Positions 1 to 10,400 of a stretch of 64,000 nt of DNA are shown one piece after another. Source of the DNA: a virus; the IMG/VR virus record IMGVR_UViG_3300032285_003860, one strand, 5' to 3'. The position numbers and the translations under genes were made by a program. The notes under the pieces were generated by a model, which saw only the letters and a program-made list of their open reading frames with translations, had not been told where the DNA came from and did no database searches. Each line of letters begins with the position of its first letter. The first letter of the stretch is position 1.

Positions 1-102
1 GAATATATTTTTCTATGGGTAAAGGAAAATAAGCCTTATAAATAAAAGGTTTATCTATTTTTGCGCCACAGGCTAATGCGTAAGATTCTAAAGTATGCAT
101 AT

Positions 103-2040
103 TTAATTATATTTTAAAGAAAAATCAATTTTATCGTTTCCGTTGTGCATGAATGAAGGAAGCTTTTGGGTTGTAACATATGGCAAATAAGCAACATTAA
201 AATAACCCTTATGAGAGTTATTGCCTTCTAAAAATACAATATTTTCCATCATTGGATTAAACTCTATCCATTTATCTACAAATTGGTTACCATCAATAAT
301 CTCTTTGTACTCTCTTTTTGTAGAAACATATAGAGACCATTCAGGATACTTTTCTTTGATCGACCTAAAGAGTGAGGAAATAAGAAATATATCTTCTGCA
401 TTTCCAGGCTGAACAACAATTACTCTGCCCTTGTCATTTGAATTTAAAAGGTCTTCAAATTTGACACCTTGAGCATTTTTTTCTTGACCATTTTTAAATG
501 CGACTTGACGAAAATAATCTTCTATTTGTTGGCGATTTAAATCTTTATCTATTCTCGCCATCCAATGTTTAAATCCGTCATCATTTCTGTCTATTGACTT
601 TTCGTCAAGGATATTGTGGTAAAGATGCAAAATCCATTCTGCATTATCTTTAATATCTGGGACTTTATAATTAGGATTTGGATTGTTTTTGATTGGTTCA
701 AAAGCAGAATCATCATTAATCTTTGGAGCGGCGTCAATAAAATCTTCCAAAAACTTACCAATAACTTCTATGGAAAAATTATCAATTACCCACTGCCTAC
801 CAGTTTTTCCAAGCTGCTTTCTGACTTCTGGTTTCATATTCAATACCTTTGTTAATTGCTTTGATATTGAATTAGGATAAGTACTTGCTTTAATGAACAT
901 TGTATCTGGCTCTCTATACTCTGCCCAATCAAGTGGCAAAGACCCTGCTCCGTCTTCGCAAGAATCTTCTCCACAGCTATAATTGGTAACAAGAGTAACA
1001 AGTTCAGTTAATTTTGCTTCTTGAATTGGTATTTCCTGCCCACCAGAAGTGAAGGGATGACAATAAACATCCATTAAATTATAAATTTCATTTAATTGAA
1101 CTTCATCTACGCCAAATCCAGGGCCAGTAGTTGTTTGGCTTTTTTCAGCCCTACAAAATCTGCAATTTTCATCATTAGTAGAAAATGACTTTATTTCATA
1201 CTTACCGCAATTTCTGCAAACATAAGTGGTCAATACATCGGAAAGTCTTAATCCATGCTCTTCCAAAAGTTTTTGGATATTCCATCCCTCTACCCAAGAG
1301 GTATGAAGCAATAGCTTTGTTTTCAAAGATGGATTCGCTTGTTTAAACATTTTGAATCCTTGAATCAAATTTGGAACGCTTTTTCTGAGCTGATTTCTAA
1401 AAACAAATCCGACTATAAATGTTTCTGGGTCAATATTGTTTGCCTTTCTTAAGGCTAATCTCTGCGTCTCTGACAATCTATAAAAATTATTCGTATTCAA
1501 AGACCCTCTCACAGTTTTTGTGTGGGTGTGGCCCATTTTATGAAGAGCCTTTGTGGCAAAATCCGCCCAACTCCAATAATTCTTTGTCTTTTTTGCTGCG
1601 ACCACTGCTTTATCAAGGATTGGAAGAGAATCCAAAGTGGTCCATAGCGCACAAGTAATTTTATTAAACCAAGGCTTTTCTATTGAGAAATCAATTCCCC
1701 AAATATCTTGAATACCAATATAAACATCTGGCTTTTCTTGCCTTACAGCGTCATCAATGGCAAATGCCCCATATCCCGCCATTCTACTGATTCCATCCCA
1801 ATTTTTGGGGTCATTTTGTTGTCTAATAAGCTCTATCTTATTGGGCTGAATGGTAGCTAAAGTTTTCCAAGGGGTTCTATTTAATTCCTGAATGTTGCCT
1901 TCTACAGAACCAACTGCAAGATTGATCAATTCATATTTATCTGTATTAAAAAGATACTCTAGAATATTCCTTGCGTTTTTACCAAAACCAGTATTTGCCA
2001 ATGGGAAATCAGTATGAATGAGGACTTTCTTTTTTGCCAT
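103..2040 (-). CDS. Multidomain glycosyltransferase (GT-B/GT4-like, CxxC-CxxC insert, DUF4214-like segment, C-terminal GT9-like half-domain)
   Basis: N-term TGFG motif, FVFRNQLRKS, DVYCHPFTSGGQEIPIQEA GT4-like motif, CRNC/CRFC pair; C-term EDIFLISSLFRSIKEKYP resembles GT9 N-domain. Confidence 0.75.
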   Translation of the reverse strand: MAKKKVLIHTDFPLANTGFGKNARNILEYLFNTDKYELINLAVGSVEGNIQELNRTPWKTLATIQPNKIELIRQQNDPKNWDGISRMAGYGAFAIDDAVRQEKPDVYIGIQDIWGIDFSIEKPWFNKITCALWTTLDSLPILDKAVVAAKKTKNYWSWADFATKALHKMGHTHTKTVRGSLNTNNFYRLSETQRLALRKANNIDPETFIVGFVFRNQLRKSVPNLIQGFKMFKQANPSLKTKLLLHTSWVEGWNIQKLLEEHGLRLSDVLTTYVCRNCGKYEIKSFSTNDENCRFCRAEKSQTTTGPGFGVDEVQLNEIYNLMDVYCHPFTSGGQEIPIQEAKLTELVTLVTNYSCGEDSCEDGAGSLPLDWAEYREPDTMFIKASTYPNSISKQLTKVLNMKPEVRKQLGKTGRQWVIDNFSIEVIGKFLEDFIDAAPKINDDSAFEPIKNNPNPNYKVPDIKDNAEWILHLYHNILDEKSIDRNDDGFKHWMARIDKDLNRQQIEDYFRQVAFKNGQEKNAQGVKFEDLLNSNDKGRVIVVQPGNAEDIFLISSLFRSIKEKYPEWSLYVSTKREYKEIIDGNQFVDKWIEFNPMMENIVFLEGNNSHKGYFNVAYLPYVTTQKLPSFMHNGNDKIDFSLKYN

Positions 2041-2059
2041 ATTTTAAATTATTATATAC

Positions 2060-2560
2060 TTAGAATGAACTTTTTTCTGGAAGAGTTTCTTGTTTTTGAA
2101 AAGACTTATCCAAAGCGTGAATCAAGAATTCTCGGATCAATCTTCCTTCTGCAAAAGTTAAACCAATATAAAAACTATTTTTTGCGCTAGAGTCTTCCTT
2201 GTCTGTTACTGCAATACTAAAGGAATAACCTCTTTGAGAAGGTTTTTCACCTTCTGCCACTTTGTTCATCCATTGACCAAATTTAATAGCTTTAAGATTT
2301 TTATCGCTATCATGTACAGTTGAGAATTCCCTGCCTCTATCTAATGCATCTAAAATCGCAGCAGCCTCAACTTGACCAAGTTTTACATTAACCTGCTTAA
2401 ATGGGTCGTTTCTACTAGCAGAAAATGTTCCAATTTGGCTTTTTGGGTCCCAAGTTGATTGTTTTATTAATGTTGCAAAAATAGCATTGTCTTTTGAAGA
2501 TTGGGAAAAAGAGCAGGCAAATCCAGTATTGTTTTTATTCGGATGATATATGGCCAACAT
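2060..2560 (-). CDS. Putative ssDNA-binding protein (Whirly/PC4-like fold)
   Basis: Pattern VKLGQVEAAAIL...FSTVHD...GYSFSIAV...FYIGLTFAEGRLI matches the beta-beta-beta-alpha repeat of Whirly-like proteins by eye. Confidence 0.45.
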   Translation of the reverse strand: MLAIYHPNKNNTGFACSFSQSSKDNAIFATLIKQSTWDPKSQIGTFSASRNDPFKQVNVKLGQVEAAAILDALDRGREFSTVHDSDKNLKAIKFGQWMNKVAEGEKPSQRGYSFSIAVTDKEDSSAKNSFYIGLTFAEGRLIREFLIHALDKSFQKQETLPEKSSF

Positions 2561-2607
2561 AGTGTATTTTATTATATAATAGAATGGACAAAGGTTCTAA
2601 TAATTAG

Positions 2608-5600
2608 ATGAATATTACGACAAATAATTCAATTAAAAATAATATTTTTGATGGCTCTTATCAAATTACTGTTTTGCCAATTCCTACTGGTTCGGCGTAT
2701 TCTTTTTGGTCTGGTAAAATACTCAATCCCGCTGGGATAACTGGGAGTCTTGTATATTTATCTGATGAACAAAGAGACTCTGGTTATCTTTTTTCTGGAT
2801 ACTCCTATACTGGAGACTCTTTTCCTTTTCCAAAGGGCGTTTTTTTAAGTGGAGCCACTTCAGAAACAACCTCCGTTAGTGGTTATTTATATTATTCTTT
2901 AAATACTCCATTATTAGGTGTTTGTCATGGAGTAGGAAATACGGGAGAAAATATGTGGTATAATGGTTATAATTTTTATAACGCATTTCATCCAGAGGGT
3001 ACTTTTTCTCCACCTTTTGGTCAAAATATTTCGGTTTATAAATCTAATTCAAATGGTACTGCTGCTCTTGCCGAAAATGGAAGCTGTTCGAGTTTGACAA
3101 GTCAAGAATATAATGATTTTTTTGGCATTGTTTCCAAAGCAGATGTAAACGCGGAGGCTTCTGCGGATGGTATTGCTAATGGTGGGACTTCATTTATTAA
3201 TTCTCCTGCTTATGCCTGTCCCGAAGAGGTTATTACGGTCTATTATTGGCACGAATCCCAATACAATATTATTGGTGGCACAGTTGGGGCAATAACGGCA
3301 AATACTTTTTTTAACACAAATCCGATTCCTACTTCTTTAGATAATTTTGATAGAAAAACTGATTTAAGATATTCTGTTTCTAGTGAACAGGGTGGAACTT
3401 TGCCAAATGGACAAAAAGAAACTATACAACATGTTTTATATGATGGTGGCGGAAAGCCAATTCCCGCTTATCAAACTGTTGGCGCAAATATTTTAAATAC
3501 TGTTTTGTGTCCATCTATTACCGCTGAAAGCTCTCTTTCCGTTGGAACACAAACAGAAAGTCAATTATTGCTTGCCGCAGATGTATTAAGTAATCCATCT
3601 AAAGGGTTTTTTGATTATTTTAATTGGTGGAATCTTTGGCACTTTCTTTACAAAGAAAATACTGATGGGTTTCCATTTCAAAATGATTATGGACTTTTTC
3701 AAGGCGAGGGGATAGTTATTCCAGCCGGTAGAAGCTCAAATTATGGTAGTCAACTTTTTGAGGCTCAAATTTCTAATGAAAATAATTATTGGGACAGAAG
3801 GCAGTGCCCAATGGGTATAAATTTTCTTCCGCATACATTTGGCGGAGCAATTTATGCTTGTCCATCTTATACTTTTGAAATTCCATATTACGCTGCAACT
3901 AAAAAATTTGGATTTTATGGAGCTAGATTTCTCGATGGATGCATTAGCTTAAGTTTAAATAATACTCTCAATGGACAGCCAAATTCCTCGGATTTACCAC
4001 CTAATTTTACTTATACTACCCCACAAGAAGAAGAGCCAAGCCCAGATGTTGGTACACTTTCAAGTAATAGTCGCTATGATAATCTTTTAGATATTGCCAA
4101 TAAAGAAGAATTACATTCTGACTTTTACGCCATGAATAAAGGATTATTCCTTTGGTCAAATTCTGGATTAATTAATTCGTCTCCTGATTTTATTAATTTA
4201 AGTTTAGTGCCAGGATTCTCTCAATTATTTACCAATTTATTGTCTCAATATTCTGCTGTTTTTCCTGGCGGAAAATCTGATATATTAAAAAATGATTATT
4301 TATATATTAGTGGAGAAGAAAGTCAGTTTTATGATACTGGTATTTATTCTTTGATATTGTCGCAGAATTCTAATTACAAAAATTTTAAAAATAATTTATA
4401 CGATCTTTTATCAGGATCTTTACAGATTAGCTATTGGAATAATATAGAAAAAGATTATTCATACGCTATTCTTTCTCAAAAAAATCAAGTTGATAATAGT
4501 TTCTATAGTCAATTGCAAGCTGGTAAACAATCAAGGTTTTTCACTAGGTATTTAGAAAATTATGTAAAAGGTAATTCCGTTGATTTGTATCCAACGAATA
4601 AGATTTATTTTAGTTATGATTCTGCTAGTAGTTATGTTGAAAGCTCTGGGTGGGCAAAATCCCCGAATTCTTTTGGAACAGCCAGTCATTTTGATCCAAA
4701 AATAACAAGAAGATATTTTCTTGGAGCATATAGTAATGGTCAAGATGTTACTGGAGTGGCTAATTTTTCTCAAAATTTCGCGGGGATTAATTTGAATAAT
4801 TACTCCTTTTATCCTGGATATTTTAATGGAAATATAGGATTAGAATTGCCTCCTCCTTCTTTTTTGCCCGTCATTTCTGGAGTATATGATTCAACAAATA
4901 ATCCTAACTTTAATAACGAATCAATTCAAGGAAATAGTTTTCCAGCAGTAACAAACGGTTGGAATTTAGTAGGATATAATGGAATAGGAAGATTAAATTT
5001 AAACTTCTCTTGTTTTACTCCTATATTTGTTCAAAACCCTCTTCCCATAACCCATTGTAAAATTGGTCAAGCTCCTACATTTAGGGCTTACGCAGTAGAT
5101 TATCATACTATTCCAGAAGATAAGATGAATAATCGCTATCCTGAAATTAGATATTGGATGGATAAGTTAAAAATAAGTAATGGCAATAAATCAGTCACAG
5201 CAAAAACGACAAACGCTTATCCATTGTCTTATAAATGGTATAGAATTAAAAAAAGTGATTGCACTGGATCAGTTTCTGACCCAACGATTCAAAATGGTGA
5301 CTTTAAGAAATTTTTATTAAATCCTGATTTTTCTAAAATAGTGCCCTCTAGTCAATCTGGTGAATGGTGCTGTTTGGAAGGTGATGACCAATATTGCACA
5401 TTAATCCATCCATCTGGATGCATCCCTCCATTGCCTTCTCCAATATCAAGTTTAAAATACAAGTATGCCAATTACCCAATGCAGCAAACTTTAAAACAAA
5501 ATAATTATAATATGACTTTTGTTAAGGGGGCGCAAAAAAATGAAGATGAAAACTATTATTACTTCTGTATGGCAAGGGGAAGATTTGGTATAAGAATAAG

Positions 5601-7458
5601 CGAGCCTTCTCAATTATTTATTGAAGATTGGATAGATTTTGATGTGAGTATGCGTAATGGAGGAAATAATGCATTCACAGCGAATAAAGCATTAACAGTC
5701 TCTTTCCAAGCTGGAGACGTGACCGTAAATTGTAACGCTTCTTCTGTTCCTTCTTACGCTGGATTCGTTCAAGATACTGATGCAATTCCAGAAGACGTAG
5801 TAGAAGAACAAATTCCTCCGCCAAATCGTGGATATGGAGATGTTTTTTCTTATAAATTTGTTGGACCATGGGGCTATAGAGGGGCAGTGCAAAGTTATAC
5901 TCCTGGAACATTAAATGATACAAGAGGACTTAGAGAAACCTGGGGTAGACTTTTACATTATGGTTCTCTTTTCCATTATCACAAACAGCTTTCTCAAACA
6001 GAAGGCGATGCCTTATATGGAAGAAATCACTTGCCAGTTTGTAACGCAGGGCATCAAATGTCCGACAAACAACAAGGCATAAAAGTTGTTGTAAATGGCA
6101 TCACTCATTGGGCCAATATGCAAAATCCTATTGCAGACACAAAGGGTAAATATGGAGTACTTTGGAGCAAGTTGGGTAATGCCGCAGAGCTTTATAATCC
6201 TGCCGTTTCTATTACAAATGGCGCTATTGACACTAGTCCATCGCCAGGATTAGGACAATGGCAATACGGAAACAACTTTGGAGCAATTCATAATTTTGGC
6301 TGGTTTAGTAATTTGATTGAGCCTGGCGGTAACACTAATGTCGAAAACGGTGATTTAACTACTACTCCTGGAACATTATCTACGACGGATTTTAAAAAGC
6401 TTAAAACAAATGTTCTTCCCGCTGGAACTCTTGCGGGGAAAAATTGTGGCTGGCACAAGGGCGGATTAGGAAGGTCTACTTCTTATTGGATAGAGGGTTT
6501 TAATGCTTTTTATGTTTTCTGCGACCCTTTAAAAAAGAAAAATGTTACAAATTATAGCTATATGAGTCCAGGATTGAGGCAGTCTAATAGCTCAATTCAA
6601 TATTTTTGGTTGGGTAAACCAAATAATTCATACCTCGAAAGATATCCAATGTTTGGTCCTTATGCTTACCAATGGAGGGTAAGAAGGCAAAATAGAGATA
6701 GAAATGGTAATGGTGTTTCAGAAGGCTTTTATTCTTATGGATGGGGATCAAACTATAGTTTAATGTATGATAATCCCGCCATTTATGGCCTTTTTATTAA
6801 ATATAAACAAAAAGATCAATCTGCTCTTGCACAGATTAATAGCTATAGAATTTCTGCATTTGGCTCTCCTGATGCAGCTTTAAGTGTTTCGCACACTAGA
6901 TTTGGATTTACAAATGGAGATGGTGGAGCGCGACCCTATCCTTCTCCTGGAATTTGGATAGGTAATATTTCCGACCCAACTCCAAATACAACCAGAGATT
7001 ATGTAAACAAAGGATATGCCAATGCTTTAAGCCCACAATTTTCTTTGTATGGATGTTCTGATGCTGATATTAATGCTGGAAACTGTTTTGATCCATGTAT
7101 TAGTATGAGATATCAAAATGGGTTCTTGCCAGGTGGCAAAAAACAAGATCTTTTTACAGCGAATAATTCATATCGTATCATTGCAAATAATCCAGTAGTA
7201 AATAATGTTACTGGCTCTTCAACAGTCGTTTTATCAGAAAACACTTATTTTCGTGGTCCTTTTGGTGCGCCACATATAAAATACTTGTCATCTTTGGGAA
7301 CAAAAGTAAATGGATTTTCCCCTTGTTTTGATGGCGGTGCAGATCATTGTAATTATATTACCCCCACTATTAACATTGGAGATTCAACTTACTATGAATC
7401 AAAGGGTCCAGTTATAATAAATACTGCAATAAGTGTATCGCAGGTCGTGAATTTTTAA
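2608..7458 (+). CDS. Large virion structural/adhesin-like protein with Ig-like domain
   Basis: 1616 aa, rich in S/G/N/Y/F and Cys; Ig-like motifs PIFVQNP..GQAPTF..LSYKWY..YYFCMARGRFG..SEPSQL. Confidence 0.55.
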   Translation: MNITTNNSIKNNIFDGSYQITVLPIPTGSAYSFWSGKILNPAGITGSLVYLSDEQRDSGYLFSGYSYTGDSFPFPKGVFLSGATSETTSVSGYLYYSLNTPLLGVCHGVGNTGENMWYNGYNFYNAFHPEGTFSPPFGQNISVYKSNSNGTAALAENGSCSSLTSQEYNDFFGIVSKADVNAEASADGIANGGTSFINSPAYACPEEVITVYYWHESQYNIIGGTVGAITANTFFNTNPIPTSLDNFDRKTDLRYSVSSEQGGTLPNGQKETIQHVLYDGGGKPIPAYQTVGANILNTVLCPSITAESSLSVGTQTESQLLLAADVLSNPSKGFFDYFNWWNLWHFLYKENTDGFPFQNDYGLFQGEGIVIPAGRSSNYGSQLFEAQISNENNYWDRRQCPMGINFLPHTFGGAIYACPSYTFEIPYYAATKKFGFYGARFLDGCISLSLNNTLNGQPNSSDLPPNFTYTTPQEEEPSPDVGTLSSNSRYDNLLDIANKEELHSDFYAMNKGLFLWSNSGLINSSPDFINLSLVPGFSQLFTNLLSQYSAVFPGGKSDILKNDYLYISGEESQFYDTGIYSLILSQNSNYKNFKNNLYDLLSGSLQISYWNNIEKDYSYAILSQKNQVDNSFYSQLQAGKQSRFFTRYLENYVKGNSVDLYPTNKIYFSYDSASSYVESSGWAKSPNSFGTASHFDPKITRRYFLGAYSNGQDVTGVANFSQNFAGINLNNYSFYPGYFNGNIGLELPPPSFLPVISGVYDSTNNPNFNNESIQGNSFPAVTNGWNLVGYNGIGRLNLNFSCFTPIFVQNPLPITHCKIGQAPTFRAYAVDYHTIPEDKMNNRYPEIRYWMDKLKISNGNKSVTAKTTNAYPLSYKWYRIKKSDCTGSVSDPTIQNGDFKKFLLNPDFSKIVPSSQSGEWCCLEGDDQYCTLIHPSGCIPPLPSPISSLKYKYANYPMQQTLKQNNYNMTFVKGAQKNEDENYYYFCMARGRFGIRISEPSQLFIEDWIDFDVSMRNGGNNAFTANKALTVSFQAGDVTVNCNASSVPSYAGFVQDTDAIPEDVVEEQIPPPNRGYGDVFSYKFVGPWGYRGAVQSYTPGTLNDTRGLRETWGRLLHYGSLFHYHKQLSQTEGDALYGRNHLPVCNAGHQMSDKQQGIKVVVNGITHWANMQNPIADTKGKYGVLWSKLGNAAELYNPAVSITNGAIDTSPSPGLGQWQYGNNFGAIHNFGWFSNLIEPGGNTNVENGDLTTTPGTLSTTDFKKLKTNVLPAGTLAGKNCGWHKGGLGRSTSYWIEGFNAFYVFCDPLKKKNVTNYSYMSPGLRQSNSSIQYFWLGKPNNSYLERYPMFGPYAYQWRVRRQNRDRNGNGVSEGFYSYGWGSNYSLMYDNPAIYGLFIKYKQKDQSALAQINSYRISAFGSPDAALSVSHTRFGFTNGDGGARPYPSPGIWIGNISDPTPNTTRDYVNKGYANALSPQFSLYGCSDADINAGNCFDPCISMRYQNGFLPGGKKQDLFTANNSYRIIANNPVVNNVTGSSTVVLSENTYFRGPFGAPHIKYLSSLGTKVNGFSPCFDGGADHCNYITPTINIGDSTYYESKGPVIINTAISVSQVVNF

Positions 7459-7479
7459 AGATATTAGTATAATAATAAA

Positions 7480-10400
7480 ATGAGTATCAATAGTCAATTA
7501 TTTGGTTTGGCGTCAGCAGTTGCCTATATAAGACAAGGCGGCGGCACCACAGCTAAAAATATTATACAGGGTATGAGCAATGCCTTTGGCGGCACCAATG
7601 ATGATGGGACATATGCATATAATTTGTTTCAGGCTGATACTGGCATACTTTATACAAATGGGTTTAATTTATCATATATAAGTTATGCTAACCTTGAAAA
7701 CACTGTGTCTCCTCTCGTTGGTAACATTCCCGTCCTAAATGTTGGTATTTCTGCTTTAACTTATGGGTATGGGAACTATTACTCTATTGGCGAGTCAAAT
7801 ATAGTAAATTATATAAATAAATTTAATACAGCAATGGGATATCCCAATATTTCTATTACTGAATCAGACTTTGATATCATTTTTTCTAGCTTATCTTTAG
7901 AAGGCATAAATAATGATGTAATAAATTCTCCTGATTCAGCAAACCCGATTGGTAAAAATGTCAATTATAATTGGTATGATTCTTCTGTTTTGTTTGGCTT
8001 AGATAAGTCTACTTCCCACGCCACATTAATTAAAGATATAGAAAATCAATATTATTACCTTACAGGAAAATTAATCTATGATCCTATTCCTGGAGATTTA
8101 GTAAAATGCATTTCTTCTGGAACACTGATAAATACTTCTAGTGGAGTAATTTTTACTAATTATATTTTAAATCAGCCTTGTTATGATGCGGATTCTTATA
8201 TCGGTCCTGTTTCTGGAATTAATTTTTTTAGAACATTTAATGATGGTCCAGGAACATCTGGATATTTTGATGATACCGTTACCCAAGAATATGTGAATTT
8301 TGATAAAGCTATTTTAGCAAAAGAAGATTATTCTTCAAACAATAGAGCTTTATATTCTTATCAAACTGATGAAAATGGCAATTATTTATTTTTGAAATCT
8401 GGAGTAAATATTGATGTTCCTGGAGTGTTTAATCCGTCAGAAGAATATGGAGCAGGACATACAAATAAAATATCTGCTGGACAGTATTGTTCTTTTACTG
8501 GATATTATGCAGAAGGCGTTCCATTAATGAGAATGCATCAAGGCGATAATCAATTAAAATGGAATGTCCAAAAGAGTTATGTCGGAGATTATCCTAATGG
8601 CATTTGTGTTATCACTAGCTCTTTGGAAAATTGGACTGGTTGGAAATTGGTTAATTTTGAACTTGATGAAAGTCAATCTGAATATTTTCAAAATGTCTTG
8701 ACAAATCCTGACGCCAATTTAAAAAGATTTTTAAAAAGATGTTTAAGTTTAACTAATTCAAAAGATTCTCATGGTAATCCAGTGACTCCTTATAGTTTGG
8801 TATATGAATATAATACTGGGGTATTGGCTTGCTATGGGCCTTATAATGCTCCGACTGATGAACTTGGTCATCTTATCCCAACTTATGTTGGTCCTCCTCA
8901 ATTAAATGGCTCTGCCGACTTGCCTGGACTTGCTTTTTATCAAACTTTTGATAATTCAAATTTCCCAGACTCAGGCGGAGAATATATTACAATTAATATT
9001 CGTCCAGTAATATCTAGTTCTTCTGCGGGATCAATAAATGGAGATTCTACAAGGACTTTTTCTTCCAGCGTCTCTAATTCTAATCTTTTTTCTTTGTCTG
9101 GGTCGTCCCATGCAGGTTTAAATGCCGCAAAATTAAGTTTTAATAAAAAAATTGATTCTTCGGGTCTTTCTGGTTACGATGATATATTCAAAAAATGTTT
9201 ATCTATTGGTGATAATTTTCAAAACTCTATTTCTGGAGCTTTATATCCACAATCGAATGCTGGATTTAATTATTCTGGTGGAATATATTTTTCTGGAAAC
9301 GAAATTGTGTATCCTCAAGACTTATTGCATTTGTCCAAACTTATTGGTTCAGAATATTCTGGCGTAATGTTTTTAACTGGGTTTCAAAATATAAATGATA
9401 ATTCTGTGTCATTGATAAACAGATATGATTCACAATTTTATACTGGTAATGTTTCTAATGGAGCAAAGACCGCTGGAGAAAATGTAGGATACTATTATTT
9501 TCAAGACACAATATTGGGTGCATCAAACGCTGGTTGGGAAAGTTTTTCTCCAATTCCTCCAGATGTTCAAAATGACGCTGATAATCTACCTTATCTTTCT
9601 GGTATATATTCTGGAATTTCTTTAACTAGTAAAGTAGAAAATTATTTACCAAGATATTATTCTGGACCATATAGAAGCTATTCTATAAAATTTTTATATC
9701 CAAATGCTTCTGGTGCAACAATCACATATGATTCTAAACTAAATGGATTTCCGTATAAAATTACGTATTCCATGACAATTAAAGAAGAATCTGTTAGAGA
9801 AGTATATGGCTTGTCTGGACTCTATAGCAGTCAGCAAAATTTATATCCTATTAGAGCCAATGCTTTTGGTGGAACATCTGCATTAAATGAATTAATGCCG
9901 ACCATGTTTTTAAGTCCATATACATATAATTTTAATGTAAATAAATCTATTTATCCAGATTCAGGGGGCTTTAATCATTCAGCTTCTTATGGTGGATTTG
10001 TTAATGGATTTTATGTTCCTAATTTTAGAAACAATATAAATGACCCATATAATGCGCCGAATTATTGTACTCAATCTTTTTTAAATAGTAACGCGTACCA
10101 AGATTCTTGTTCTTTTATAAATGGCATTAAAACTACTGGAAAAGTTAATTATAAAGTTATTTATACTGGCGGAGGACTTACAAAGAAAATTGGTTTTATT
10201 GAGCCAGCCCTAGATTCTACTTTGTTTTGGAATTATTCTTCAAATAAAATAACGGGAGAAGCTTTTTATGTTCCTCCAGTTTTTGATTTGTCTACATATA
10301 CAATTAATCCTTCTCAAAATTTATTAGACATGACTGTGAATAGATTGTTTGGTAAAAAAACTGATCCAACTTTTTCAAACAATGGTCTTGTAAGAACAGG

